Both the position numbers and the translations under genes were made by a program. From Octopus vulgaris (lineage: Eukaryota): a stretch of DNA of 64,000 bases. Each line of letters starts with the position of its first letter. The stretch's first letter is position 1. Below, piece after piece: positions 41,586 to 55,659 of this stretch. The stretch is taken from the NCBI GenBank assembly GCA_951406725.2, contig OX597820.1, positions 78,306,001 to 78,370,000 of the forward strand. Reading direction: 5' to 3'. The notes under the pieces are model-generated. The model was given only the letters and a program-made list of their open reading frames with translations, made no database searches and was not told where the DNA came from.

Positions 41586-41852
41586 ATGATGGTGATGATG
41601 ATGATGATAGTGATGATGATGATGATGATAATGAAGGGGAGGAGGAGAGGAGGAAAACGATGACGAGATGATGATATTGCTGTAATGATGATAATGATGA
41701 TGATGACGATAATGACGAGGAGGAAGAGGGGAGGGGAGGAGGAGGAGAAGGGTAGTAAAATGATGACGAGATGATGATAGTGCTGTAATGATAATGAAGA
41801 TGATGACTATGATGACGAGGAGGATGATGAAATTGATGACGACGATGACGAC

Positions 41853-41922
<70 letters not shown>
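41586..41922. repeat. (GAT)n/(GAG)n trinucleotide repeat field
   Basis: Directly visible. Confidence 0.95.
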
Positions 41923-41926
<4 letters not shown>

Positions 41927-43004
41927 TCATCATATCTGAGAATAACAGGTCATTTTGCAGAAAAATGTAATTTTCGCATGCTTTTCTCCACTAACTTAAG
42001 ACGAAGATTCGATGGAGCTGGTAGAGCGTCAGGTAGAATGGCTTGCGGTGTCTGTCTCTATTTTCTGTGTTCTAAGTTTTAAATACCGTTCTCTGTTTTT
42101 GCATTTCGCACATCCTGCAGAAAACTACAGCGACCCCCATTCTTTTTTTCTCCCTCTCCCACTCAATCTCACTTTCTCACCCACTTCACACTCTTACTCA
42201 CCCTCAGTCTCTATCACTTATTCTCACTCTCTCACCCTCCATTTACTCTCTGTCTACTTTCCCGCCCCTCTCCCCCCCCCCTCTCTTTCGTTTTTTCGCT
42301 CTCCAGAATCAGTTACACAGAAATAACAAACAAAGGGCGTTCCAATGCTGCCCACCACCAATACTAATCTATTCACTATCGAAATTCACTAAGAAATAAA
42401 AATAACAGTTTTATTTTTCCTCGTGTTACTTCCAATTGCAAATGTCTGCTCGGTTTAATGGCTCCTCGGTATATACAGTTGACTAAATATAAAACACGCT
42501 TTTTACTCTGGAATTAAGCAATGTATCGAACGGTCCAAATGTCAGATATAACAAACATTTACTGGAGATGTTTGTTCTATCGGTGATATTTGAATATATT
42601 GAGATGCTCTTTAGAAAATCTAACCACAGTCACCTGACCTTAAAAGAACGTCTCAGTGGGCACTTTAAGATTACAGAATATAGCAACAGACAGTAGAACT
42701 AAGCAGGCTGTAGCAGCAGAAGCAAACACTGTAAACTGTAGCAGGAGAGGAGAGAATTATACAGACTGTAACAATAAAGCGCTTATTTTATATTAAAATA
42801 TGTGAACAACAGTGTCGTAATCACAGGTTTCCAGCAGGCTAATTACTAGTTCACAGCATTTTCGATAGCAGCGGTGATCATGAAATGCTTGCAGTCCGAT
42901 GGACTTCGATCAAAGATCACCGCTTTTATGCCGATATGCAACGGCGAAAAATACAAGCAAAACACACACACACACACACACACACACCTCATATCATATA
43001 TATA

Positions 43005-43410
43005 GGTGCAGGCGTGGCTGTGCGAAAAGAAAATTGCTTCACGGTCACACGATTCGGGGTTCGGTTCCAATACGTGGCGCTTTGGGCATGGGATTTATAC
43101 TATACTCTCGAACTGACCAAAGACTTGTGAAAGGATTTGGTAGACGGAAACTGAAAGAACCTGTCGTATAATTGTGTGCGGGCGTGTGCGTATGTGTGTG
43201 TACGTGTGTGTGCGTGTGTGTGTGCGTGATTTTCTCTGTCTCCCAACCGATGTTGGTGGGTTTACGTTCTTGGAGAGACACCGATAGAATAAGTGTTAAG
43301 CTATAAAAATGATAATAAGTCCTGGAGTCGATTCTTTCGACTAAGAATTTCTTAAGGTAGTGCCCCAACATGACCACAGTCTGTGGACTGAAGCAATTAA
43401 AATGGACAAA
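43005..43410 (+). mobile_element. SINE family B, diverged
   Basis: GGATTTGGTAGACGGAAACTGAAAGAA..(TG)n..ACCGATAGAATAAGT. Confidence 0.75.
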
Positions 43411-43470
43411 AAAGATTAGTAGATATAAATACCCATACCTATATATATGCATGCATGTATGTATGTATCT

Positions 43471-43670
43471 GAAAACGAGGTAATTTCTACTCATCTCCTC
43501 TGGAAGCCATCTACTCGCGATACCAGAGGGCGCACACTCTCCTACCCTGATGTAATCTCCAGGGATACAGGCATCCAGCAACAGGGCCTCCGTAATGCTA
43601 TGATGGACCGTGAAGTCTGGCGTAGCATGGTAAATTCCATTGTCTCGATCACGGTCGAACAATGATGATG
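43471..43670 (+). mobile_element. RTE-type LINE 3' fragment with (TGA)n tail and TSD
   Basis: LLWKPS..RGRTLSYPDVISRDTG..LRNAMMDREVWRSMV. ATGTATCT at 43463-43470 and 43671-43678. Confidence 0.8.
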
Positions 43671-44321
43671 ATGTATCTATCTATCTATGCATGCATATAT
43701 TATCATTGTAAACAAGCGTATTGTTAGTTGTAAAAATGTACGCATATATGATAATTTAAAATGCTGAAATTAATAGCCTGGAGAAAATTACGAAACGGGT
43801 GTAATCATAGATATCATATGGAAATAATGAACCTGTATTTACTTCTCGAATTTGAATTTATGATTATATACACATGTGTATATATGATTATATACGCATA
43901 TACGATCCCTACGATAGTAGCAAATGGCATTGTTAAGTTCAACATTTACTTTTCCGCGACCATGTCAACGCTCTCTAGCTAATCCAATTTTTGACAAAAT
44001 TAAATGCGATTAAGTTCGTTTTGTGATATGATAATTGAAAATTGTTTTGGTAAAAAAAATAAAATAAACGTTATAAATCGTATGCAAAAAAATGGAAAGT
44101 ACCGCATTGGTGCAAGCTCTAAGCAGTATATTTTCTTGATTTCTGAATAATTTTTCGTTAATTTGCATTTAAATAAGAATTTCAACGAAGGGACTCAAAT
44201 TATGTACAACACTTCAAACCTGGAGCCGTAGGAGAGGCAAGGAAGAAAAAAGTAATCGATTTCAAGGTATTCAGTGAAGCACCAATTTTATTTATACACA
44301 CGCATACAAACACGCACGCAC

Positions 44322-44360
<39 letters not shown>

Positions 44361-44372
44361 CACACACGCACA

Positions 44373-44425
<53 letters not shown>

Positions 44426-44560
44426 GAATAACACTTATCCACACTCATATATACAATTATTCACACGTACTTATGAGTTAAATCTACTTTATTCACTTCA
44501 ATCACATGTGTTTAGGACCATATTTTAGTGAATATAATGGTTGGAGTAATTTCTATTTGT

Positions 44561-44876
44561 GTATAATTAAGGATAAAATCATTATAAAGATTTGATTAAG
44601 TAGCCAGCATGTAATAAAAATCATACAGGTAACAATTAATAGAAATATACAATCATATAAATATAATTATAATAAGGGCACTAATAAATAGCACCACATG
44701 CTAGATAGAGACGCCAAATGGTTCTAAAAACTACATCATGTATTCCTATAGCACGAGTTGAAAGCAAGGAAAGTGAACAAAGAAGAGTATCTATTTTTAT
44801 TAATTAATTATATGATTATATTGCATGCTGGCTGCTTGATGAAATATTTATAATGATTTTATCTTTAATTATATAT
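44561..44876. repeat. Degenerate inverted repeat (about 85-bp arms), probably a Penelope-type inverted terminal fragment
   Basis: TATAATTAAGGATAAAATCATTATAAA..GCCAGCATG versus CATGCTGGC..TTTATAATGATTTTATCTTTAATTATA. Confidence 0.55.
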
Positions 44877-45092
44877 AAATATATATGTGTGTATGTGTTT
44901 GTGTGCGTGCGTGTAGTTGCAGGCATTGCTCTCGTGGTGAAAAAGGCTTGCTTCCTAACCACATGTTTCCGGGTTTAGATCCCATAGTTACCTTCTACTA
45001 CTAAATTCTGGCGAATTGGTTTGATAGATGGACACTGAAAGAGGCCAGTACCACCGTATATGTATATATATGCATATATATATATATATATA

Positions 45093-45480
45093 AGAATACA
45101 AAAATGGGACAAGAACGCAAAACATCCAGACAGCTAGATGATACAAAAAAGGGACGAGAAAAAACAAGGACGGATCATTCGAAGTTTTCTTTCCTCAGTC
45201 GAGTTCCAGATTGTCTTTGCAATTTCGGCTGGTTATACTCAAGATTGCTCCAATCTGGCCAGCACCAAGGAAAAAACTAAGCTAAGAGCACTTGATTCCT
45301 TGGAAGAATGTATACGAAAACAAGGACGGAAAAAATCGGAGAAATGGTACACAAATGCACATAACAGGACATAACAACAGGTGTCTTTCGACTAAGGACG
45401 AATTAAATTAAGCTGGCGTGTGTAGAAGTGAAGCCTTACGGCGGTGACATAAGAGGTAACAGGCATGGGGATGAATACAG
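45093..45480 (-). mobile_element. Dispersed repeat (family of 1130-1582 and 34749-34983) abutting (TA)n
   Basis: Shared TTTCTTTCCTCAGTCGAGTTCCAGATT.TCTTTGCAATTTCGGCTG. Confidence 0.6.
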
Positions 45481-45492
45481 ATGTTGCACGGA

Positions 45493-46390
45493 TGCCCCAT
45501 AAACAACAACTGTCTCGAGAAAGAACTCGTATACAAGGCCAATATCACAGACCCCAACGTAATAGAAAAGACGTATATCGGAATTATGGACAACTCGTAC
45601 AACGCGGCGAGCTTGCAGAAACTTTAGCACGCCGGGCGAAATGATTAGCGGTATTTCGGCTGTCTTTACATTGAGTTCAAATTCCGCCGAGGTCGACTTC
45701 GCATTTCATATTTTCGCGGTCGATAAATTAAGTACCAGTTGCGTACTAGGGCCAATCTAATCGATCCTCCCTCCTCCCCACCGAAAAAAGAATTTTGCGC
45801 CTTGTGACTAAAGTAGAAAAGAAAAGGTAAGTTATACACAACATTTGGCGTCATTCAGAGAGAAAAAGTAAAGACATGCAACATGCCTGTCAAATATATG
45901 GACATTGAAAGAAGGTGAAATAAGCAATCACCAGATAGAAAGGAGAATTATCGCTAAAGCTAAAGTATACAGAGGACGTGGTACCAAATGTGAACTCTGT
46001 ATTCCTAAAAAATTAAACATCATACAATCAAAAGATAACATCCTAAGTATTGTGGATGAAAGTTACTCTCCCTGCATACACAAGCAATAGTTTACACTCA
46101 AATATTTCAAAGAAGAGCCACTATCTGCGACGGTCACCTTTCCTAAACGTGAATACACATAGCACACAAACACCACAAAAGATTCCTCAGTTCATATTAC
46201 AAGTATAAGAACACCACGCTCAGAACAAATGAAGATAATATAAACAAACTGGTCACACAACAAATATGCCCAAGGGAGACAAACATCCCAAACCTACCAC
46301 CCAAGTGTTACGTCCCTTCAGCATTTGATACGTTGTTGCATTCACGTGAATTCAGGAGAACCCCGTGAATGAAACGGTGATGTGTTTTCC
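45493..46390 (+). mobile_element. Penelope-like element relic (GIY-YIG endonuclease C-terminus and 3' region), interrupted by a SINE
   Basis: CPINNNCLEKELVYKANITDPNVIEKTYIGIM [SINE] YTQHLASFR..IWTLKE..IIAKAKVY..KCELCI..CIHKQ. Downstream ATTCACG..CGTGAAT-GAAAC is a hammerhead remnant at about 46343-46385. Confidence 0.8.
45602..45823 (+). mobile_element. SINE family C inserted in the GIY-YIG coding region
   Basis: Matches 21460-21660. Confidence 0.88.
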
Positions 46391-46982
46391 AAAATGTACT
46401 CGAACACCTTTCTCCGTGTAATCGGCTTGAAATTTGTTAAGACACTAAGATATTTTCCTACTTTTAACATGAAACCAATGGTAGCCTTAATTCACAAACA
46501 AAGAACTTACATCAACCAATACCGATATATGTACGTGTGGATATATGTGTGTGTGACTTTCTCTCAGAGTTTGTCCCCCCATCACCACTTGACAGCAGAA
46601 GTTGGTGTATTTGCATCCCCATAACTTAGCAGTTCTGCAAAATATTCGATATAATAAGTTCCAAGCGTAAAACAGTACTGGGTTCGAATCATTGTAGTTG
46701 ATATCATCAATGCAACAAAACGTCATAACTTCTTGAGTTGGCGTTTGGTTTTTACGAAATGAGACGTATTGATTACCCATGGATCACAGAGGAAGGTGAA
46801 CCCATGAACTTTTACTTGAACGTATCAAGTGTACCCCTGGTGTGGGGCAGTAAATGCCTTCGAATTATCTATCGAAGTCCACATTAACATTGTATTAGTT
46901 CCTGATAACTTTTGAAATTTTCATTCGATTTTAAATTTACGGGACACATTGGTTACCAATTGCTTAAAGATGATGTTGAAGA

Positions 46983-47042
46983 CACTTATTGAATTTGGCT
47001 TTTGTAATGCAGTCACTTATTGAATTTGGCTTTGTAATGCAG
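46983..47042. repeat. Direct tandem duplication of about 30 bp
   Basis: CACTTATTGAATTTGGCTTT(T)GTAATGCAG twice. Confidence 0.9.
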
Positions 47043-47504
47043 CTTCGATAATTGGCAGTCCTATAAAATGAATTTGGACTTAGTTGTTATTCATTTACTA
47101 TAGATGAAGATACAGTGAGTCACATTTACTTCCATTTCAATTCAACAAGAGGACCCCTCGGGGACAATGATCCTGAATCCTTAAGCCATAAAAGTTCAAA
47201 GTGTTACAATAAAACAGCTTCAGAACTTCGGAAGTTTATTATGGTTATTGCCTGCGATAAGATAAAATACCACACATTACTTTATCCTTTGAATTCTGAA
47301 AGGTAACCCCCTAGTGAGGGCAGTGAGCCCATATTATGGTTGTACCAAAGCATTTTAACTTCTAGAAATAACAGTCAATTTAAATGAAGGTTACTCATGT
47401 AACTACAAATGAATGAGCAACGTTTTAAATCCCCTTGACTAAACCTTAGTTAACTTTAGGATGATTGAATTTTATTTTGCATTCGGTTGTCTCCCCCTCT
47501 TAAT

Positions 47505-48551
47505 TTCACCACTATTAAGTGTGGAATGGGGATTGGCGTCATTTCACTCTCTTAACCAAAAGAGCGCGGTTTAACCCAGTTGTAAATTTTAACGCCTACT
47601 GTAAGTGGGTTGTTAATTACCCTACAGAATTTCCTAACACCCTAGACCCTCCCGGATTTCCACTGCACTTATTACTCTTCAGGAACTTGGAATTCGTCTG
47701 GTCATCCAAAAGGCGATACCTCATGTTACTGAGGCAACAATACTTACATAATGTGGTAAGGGGGATACTGTCTTCATACCAAGGATACCTCTTATTCCAT
47801 CCGGTAAAGACATTCCTTTCATATTCAGAAGGTTGCAATTCTCTCTCCGGCTGTTTTACCATCTCGATTAACAAATCACAGGGTCAGACACTGACGGTCG
47901 AAGGGTTTAATTTAGAAGAACCGTACTTCTCCCATGGCCATCTATATGTTGGCTGCTCTGAGTGGGGAGCCGACATAAACTATTTGCTTTTGCAACTCGC
48001 GAGAAAACCCAAAATATAGCCTATAAGGAAATTATGTAGGCGCCCTATCCGCCATCAAGTAATCGCTGCATTTTTGTATAAGTGATTACATTTGCTGTAC
48101 GTCTCTGAGGTTGCGTTTGCTATACGTTATAAATGTTCAATGTCTCTGTTTTCCGTATGTATATGTTGTTATCCCGCTTTGCCATCGATGTTCCCTACAT
48201 CTTATTTACACATTTCTTTTCGACATTCCAGCGTTAAATTGACAAGGCTGCTTTTGTGGCCACCAACTTTTACATGCTTTTCGAGGTTACAATCTCAAAT
48301 AAAAAGCAAAGCAAATACGACACACCAAAGTGGTGTGAAGGACTTCTTAAGGGCCACTGCGTCTAATCGAAGTCGTCTTTGCGCACAGCTCTGCCGCCGG
48401 GACTTTTAATTGTAAACGAGTCAAGGCGCTCTTCAGGGCCACAAAGTTTAAATTGTTACTTCTGTAGCCATGTTTGACGGAAGTCTTTCGGTTCATTTGA
48501 AAGACAACGCCATTGAGAGTTACACCGGGCAACGCAGGGTATCTTATAAAT
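47505..48551 (+). mobile_element. Helitron derivative carrying the PIF1-like helicase C-terminus
   Basis: YPTEFPNTLDPPGFPLH..RNL and FTISINKSQGQTL..G..LEEPYFSHGHLYVGCS, then TQNIAYKEIM*. 3' hairpin-like CCGGGCAACGCAGGG near 48526. Terminal CTAG is not intact and the ends are approximate. Confidence 0.8.
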
Positions 48552-48574
48552 CATTGATGTGTGTGTATGCGTGT

Positions 48575-48616
<42 letters not shown>

Positions 48617-49295
48617 CACACACACATACATACATATATATATATATAAACATATATATATATACAGCTTCTCTGCAGTTTTCATCAACTAAATTTCATT
48701 CGCAACCTATGGAGTTCAGCAATACCTGCCACGCTCTAGAATTGAACAGGGAATTACGCAATTCAGAACCGAATTTAGATCTGCACTCATAAACCCGAAG
48801 TCTTTAGAAAGCAGTGAGCACTTTAAATGTACAGAACGGTCATTTAAATTATTTCATCGTTGTTGTTCTGTTCTAGATTACTCACACAACACTAAAACAC
48901 AAAACAGTATTATAAATCAATAAAAAAAATCTAAACGTTTGCCTCTGTTCACATTTTTAATATAACAATGAAAAGTGTTTGTGACATTCTTCGTTTTTAA
49001 TAAAACCAGCGTATATTGAAATACTCCAAAACTTTTTAATTGGTCTGTCCATAATTTAGGAACAATTATTAAACTGGTTTCTGGAAATAGACCAATAGTT
49101 CTAAATATATCATGTATTTTGATGTATTCTCTTTCAATATCAAATATTTTCTGGCCTCAATGAGCAGAGTGAATGAAATATATTGTCTTATATATAAAAT
49201 CTGTGCACTTTCCATAGTAAGAGATAACATTGGTCAAAAGAGTACAGAGATATTTCAATCAATAATTTATTTGTCGTTATTGTTGCTGTTAATAT

Positions 49296-49693
49296 CCTTT
49301 TCTACTCTAGGGACAAGGCCCGACATTTGGGGGGAGGGGTCCAGTGGATTAGATCGACCCTACTGCATAACTGGTACTTAATTTATCGACCTCCGAAAGG
49401 ATGTAAGGCAAAGTGGACCTCGGCGGAATTCGAACTCAGAACGTAAAGACAGGCGGAATACCTATTTCTTTACTACCCACAAGAGGCTAAACACAGAGAG
49501 GACAAACAAGGACAGACAAACGGATCAAGTCGATTATATCGACTCCAGTGCGTAACTGGTACTTATTTAATCGACCCCGAAAGGATGAAAGGTAAAGTCG
49601 ACCTCGGCGGAATTTGAACTCAGAACGTAACGGCTGACGAAATACGGCTACGCATTTCGCTCGGCGTGCTAATTTTCTGCCAGCTCGCCGCCT
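49296..49693 (-). mobile_element. Dimeric SINE family C element with a perfect 16-bp TSD
   Basis: Two tandem SINE C bodies. TTGTTGCTGTTAATAT at 49280-49295 and 49694-49709. Confidence 0.88.
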
Positions 49694-50661
49694 TTGTTGC
49701 TGTTAATATGAAAACCTGCATTGATTGAGTAGAATCATTATCAAGATTATTTCACCCGAAAAGATATACACGTCTCATTCCATACCACGTTTACCTAGGA
49801 CTATATTAGCAAACGCGTCATTTGTTTTCTTCAGGACACTAGGATATTGCTTATTAGAAATCTGTCTGATAGTTGTAGTATATCATGTTACCACGTAAGT
49901 ACCACCGTTTAGTGAGGAACCGATTCACTTTATAACTCTATTGCCGCGCTCTCTTGTTCTCAGTCACTCGCATTGTGACTATTTAAAATAGTAAACAGAC
50001 ACTCCATGCACAAAATTTTAAACATTTAGATATTTAACTTTACATGAACCACAACGTTTTCTAAGCTTATAATCTACAATTAACGTTACCCCATTTGAAA
50101 TGCTACCTTAACATTGATAAAAATACTTCATTAACATCAGAACTACATTTATTGCTTCAATTCCAATTATCATTCTGCTTTTTGTCTGTTGCTTCTTTGT
50201 TGTTTTTTTTTTCCTTTTTCTTTCTCACTTCATTTCGACTCTAAGTTATTTTCGTCGCCATTACTACACAGTAAAATTTCTTTTGTAGCTGATAACTATT
50301 TTGATATTGTATTATATTTAAAATGTCAAGTGAGGCCAGAAAGTTCAAAATATTTTCATCTCTTTCTTCTCACTAAAACAATTTTCTGAGTTTGCAACGT
50401 AATAAAAGTCAATTTCAAATCGTCGCATTACATTTCTTTAAAATACGTTGATAATTCCCACTTTACTTTCATTTATTTTATTTTTCAATTTGCTATTTCA
50501 TACACTGGGGTTTCAAAACCATTATCTGCTTTTCCAATTGTCCATGATTATATTGTCATTTGCCAAAAATAATTTAACTCTATGATTCATAATTCATTGT
50601 GTCCCTCCTCAATACGAATAAATTAAAATATAATAGTTTTATGCACAGAACTAATGTGTGT

Positions 50662-50697
<36 letters not shown>

Positions 50698-51059
50698 TGT
50701 GCATCTGAATGAACGTGTGTAGGTGAATGCATGTATGTATGTCGTCTTGAGTGTTGAAATTGTAGTGTTTGTGTGTAAAAAATAAAATATGTGAGTGTAT
50801 ATATGTATATTTGTCCAACTGAAAATTTTATGGGCAAGAATGTTGCGTGCGTGCCGCTTGTGTGTGTATTTATCTTAATCGGAACAGCAACAGCAACAGA
50901 AAAATAGCATTGACATTTTATATTGAAAATTTTAATGGATTTTACAAAGGATAAATTACACTCAGAAATTAATAGAGATCGACAAAATTCCAAAGGACAC
51001 TTTGGCTTTTGTGAGATTCTGACTATTGAAACTGAACAAAAGACACAGGCAACTATAAT

Positions 51060-52235
51060 AATAATTCTATCTACTAATGGTACAAAGCCTGAAAATTTCG
51101 AACGGAATGAACTAGTGGATCAAATTGACTCCGGTTCTCAACTGTTATTTATTTTATCCACCTTAATAGGATGAAAGGCAGATCATAAAAGCCGGAAGAA
51201 AATGCCGCTAAGCATTTTTTTCCGAACCACGATCAATTCTGTCTCTATAGTAAGAAGTCTTTGTAATTTCGGCTCAAGACCAGCAATGTTGGTGGGAGTA
51301 TGTTAGTGGAATACATCGACGCCCGCACATGGCTAGTTCTTTGCTTTATCGAGCCCTAAAGGATGAAAAGCATAGTTACCCTCGGCGGAATTTCAACTCA
51401 GAGCGTAAAGAATCGGAAGAAATACCGCTTAGCAATTAATCAGAATTAGTCCGATATTCCTGCCAATCTGAAACGGTAAATTGTTTCTAATTTATGCACA
51501 AGGCCAGCAGTTTTGACGGGAAGGGAGTGCCAATTATGTTCACATCGGAACTTGGGTGGTAATATAATTTATCGACCTTCTAAGCATTCAAGAATGATCT
51601 TGGTGACATTTCAACCTGAGACTTGCGGAAACGTAACAAAAGCCGATATGATTACAATTGTTTGTTTTTTTACTCAAGAGCCGAAAAATCCACTCAGTAC
51701 TCGATCCGTATAAGGCGGTGAGCTGACAGAAGCGTTACCACGGTGGGCGAAGTGCTTAGCAGTATTTCGTCTACCTTTATGTTCTGAGTTCGAATCCCGC
51801 TGAGGTCGACTTTGTCTTTCATCCTTTCCTGGATCGATAAATTAAGTACCAGTTGCGTACAGGGGTCGATCTAATCGACTGGCTCCATCCCCCAAAATTT
51901 TGGACCTTGTGCCCAGAGTACAAAAGAAAATTGTTTAATTTCCAAGGCGGCGAGCTGGCAGAAACGTTAGCACGCCGGGCGAAATACTTAGCAGTCTTTA
52001 CCTTCTGAGTTCAAATTTCGCCGAGGTCGACTTGACCTTTCATCCTTTTAGGGGTCGATAAATTAAGTACCAGTTGCGTACTTGGGTCGATCTAATCGAA
52101 TTCCCCGCCTCCCACAAAATTTCGGGCCTGGTGCCTAGAGTAGAAAAGAATAGTACTCAATTTGTACTTCAAGTTTATCGGCCTTGGTTGAATGAAAGTC
52201 AAAGTTGATCTCGGAGGAGTCTGAATTCCGAACAT
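51060..52235. mobile_element. Cluster of about six SINE family C copies (old minus-strand copies; plus-strand copies at 51712-51928 and 51944-52151)
   Basis: Repeated GAGGTCGACTT..CTTTCATCCTTT..CGATAAATTAAGTACCAG and its decayed reverse complements. Confidence 0.8.
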
Positions 52236-52546
52236 AAAGTGTTGGAAGAAATACTACTTAGTACTATAATAATGGTACTACTAATAATACCGAAGAAATG
52301 GTGGAAAATGAAAGCTGTCAGGGCCAGGCAGGAGTTATGGAGAGAGTGAGGGAGACAAAGGTGGCAACTACTCCTGCGGTTATTGGTGCATTTAGTAGAA
52401 ATATCCAAACACTGCGGTAGAGGCAGGGGGATATTGTAATTGAGATTAGCCACGTCACTCTGCAGAATAGTATCATCGTATATTTCAGAATCCTAAGAAA
52501 GATTCTTGAGATACAAAACAGAGTAACAACAACAGCAGCACTGCCG

Positions 52547-52579
<33 letters not shown>

Positions 52580-52687
52580 GCAGTAACAATAACAAAAGTA
52601 TCGACAATAGCAACAACAACAATAATTATCCTTTCTACTATAAGCATAAACTTACTACATGCATGCTAAATATATGTATAAAGGTAA

Positions 52688-52808
52688 ATAGATAGATAGA
52701 CAGATAGACAGACAGACAGAAAGACAGACAGACGGACGGTTCGGATGGATGAATGGACGGATAGACGAATGGATGGATGGATGGATGGATGGATGGATGG
52801 GTAAATAG

Positions 52809-52841
<33 letters not shown>

Positions 52842-52915
52842 CGGATGGACGGACGGACGGACGGATGGACGGACGGACGGATGGATGGATGGATGGATGG
52901 ATGGATGGATGGATA
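52688..52915. repeat. Compound (GATA)/(GACA)/(GGAC)/(GGAT)n microsatellite
   Basis: Directly visible. Confidence 0.95.
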
Positions 52916-52916
52916 G

Positions 52917-53176
52917 GTACAGGCTTTACTGTGTAGGAAGATGTCTACTTCCCAGGCACATTGTTTCGGGTTCAGCCCCACTGCTTGGTACCTTGGGCAA
53001 GTATCCAAAAGTCTTCTATTATAGACGCTTGACAACCTTATGTTTACGCTTTTATGTCGCCGTAACCTAGCGGTTCGAAAATAGAAATTGATAGAAACCA
53101 GGCTTTATAAAATATGTCCTGGGGTCGATTCATTCGACTAAAGATTCTAATGTCTAAAACAAGTGAAGGATAAAAG

Positions 53177-53178
<2 letters not shown>
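52917..53178 (+). mobile_element. SINE family B, diverged and internally deleted
   Basis: CCTTGGGCAAGT..GCTTGACAACC..GGGGTCGATT..TCGACTAAAG. Confidence 0.7.
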
Positions 53179-53207
<29 letters not shown>

Positions 53208-53227
53208 TGTATGTATGTATGTATGTA

Positions 53228-53260
<33 letters not shown>

Positions 53261-53826
53261 TCGTATGTATGTATGTATGTATGTATGCGTGCATAACGGC
53301 ACAGTCTTCATCTGTATCCCTTTATCTATAATTACACTTCTAATTCTTCATCTTCCCATACGAATATGTCTTCTGCCATTTATCAGTAGAAATATTCTTA
53401 ACTCCAAAGTTTACTGTGCCTCAACGGATCATAATAATGATTACATAGACGTAGGTAAAGCTTTATTGCTATCAAATCATAGCTATTACATAGGGAAAAG
53501 CAGAAGCTGTTTACTGAAAAGGCCGCCATTTGCATTTCGTTTTTCATTTCCTGTAATTGTGTTTACTTTAGCCGTACAAAATACAATATACGTATATCAA
53601 TAGTTTTATTTTAAACATAATTGCTTCTCGCTTTAAGATATTTTGACATTGATAATGTTATAATGTGTGCGTGCTTTGAAATTTATATTATTTCAGATAC
53701 TACAGGATAAAATTACTGAGTATTAAGACAGCGCTTATAATGAAAATGTTTGCTGGGAGTCATCAGTTACGTAGCAATTTAATCGACACGAAATAGGAAA
53801 CGGAAGAGAAAAACGAATAAACAACC

Positions 53827-53878
<52 letters not shown>

Positions 53879-54358
53879 TATGATTGCGCTCTTGAGTTGA
53901 CAAAAATTTCTTGGAACTAATTAAAAATAGAATAAGTGGCTGGATAGGATATAACAGTAGTGAGAGTTCTGGGAGGAAACTCGAGTAAATTAATAGGTTT
54001 GACTTTCTATAAAGTGTGATTTTGTGTATAACAACTATTATAGTAACTTTTACAGTTTTTCCAGACATATCTGCTGTCTTTAGTACATTAGTGAATTTCG
54101 TTTATTTTTAAGAGCAAAATTGGGTTTTAGGCAATTATCGTTATTGCAAACTTAGATACATACAAAAGGACACACAAACACGCACATACATACACACATG
54201 CACACACACCGACACATATACCCCCTCCTTCCTACACACACACGTATCTGTATACATAGATATATACATATATGTTTAGTTTATGGCAATTATTTATGCA
54301 TGTGTGTGTGTATTATATATCAAAGAACACATACGAACATGCACATACAAACAAATAT

Positions 54359-54421
<63 letters not shown>

Positions 54422-54457
54422 CATATATATACATATATATATATATATATATGCATA

Positions 54458-54493
<36 letters not shown>

Positions 54494-55659
54494 CATATAT
54501 ATAATAGCTACTTGTGTGTCAGACCTAATTTATATACACCTTTGATAGGTAGTTACTGCAATATATATATATATAGCGCATCTGTGCAAGTCTATGTGGT
54601 TGTAGGCGTGTAATAATTGTGGCTGAATCCTAAGAGAACGTGTAGTGAATGGCTCCAGTTCAAAATAAAGCAAAGGTATTGATTTATTCTATCTAAGCCA
54701 AATAAAGAAAGATTAATTCCACGCCCACTTAATAAGTAGCGACTGTCCCCAGTAGCCATTACCAATATTCAGAAGGTACAAAACGCTTCGATTTAACGTT
54801 TATTTCAAGAGAGAAAAGAAGTTGATTGTCTTGAGTATATTTTAATGACTTTCACACAAGATTGTATTACTGACAAAATAAGATCGCTGTGAAACGGTAA
54901 ACAGTGGCACAGAGTTTCTGTGGAAGTGTCAGAATCGAGTTACTGGTTCATGTACTGGTTCGTGGTGTGTCTAGGAAAACTGAATAATTCGTTTTGATTC
55001 AAATAGAAATCTTTGATGTTGGACTGTAAAGTCGTTGTTTCTTTCATGAAAACGAGAGACAGTGCAGCAATCTGTGCCGATTCATGCTACATGCATTATG
55101 TGTCCCATGTTTCACTCTAATGTTTTATGCCTTGCAAACTATCAGGTGTTTCTACTAATCATGCTGTTATGTTGTTATTTTCAGCGTAAGCACTGTGTAC
55201 ATCAAGATATTCCTCTCCGGGTAGTCTTATACGCAAAGACTACCAGCCATGATCCTCCCGCTGTTTTGTATAACAGAGATTACATTGTTGGCTGTGTTCT
55301 TCTTAATTTAGACGGTTCGACGTTATTTAAAGAAGATTTAGTAACCATATCTAGCAGTTCACGTCACAGCATAGAGCCTCGATCAAAACCTGTTGTCCAT
55401 CGTCTTGACATTCTCAGCCGTGTCTTGCAGGCAACTTCCTGTCGTTAGATGAACCTTCTTTTGACAAGCAATTCTACATTCTGGGTCACGTACTCTAGTT
55501 ATAGAAATGTCATTATGAGCTGGGCAATTCTACATTTTTGTTGATGTACCTGGTTGAGTCGAAAGGTTTTTCGATTTTTCACTGTAATGTTTAATAATTT
55601 GTATCTCCATCTTATATTATCAATTTGATACAGGTTGCTCTCCAATTGTTGTGGAATGG

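Noticed and set aside
47519-48019. Host PIF1 helicase gene
   Set aside because: Only C-terminal motifs with internal deletion and frameshift, plus a Helitron-type 3' hairpin; better explained as a Helitron derivative.
55000-55600. Possible minus-strand Tc1-like relic
   Set aside because: Only vague motif echoes and no convincing catalytic motifs.
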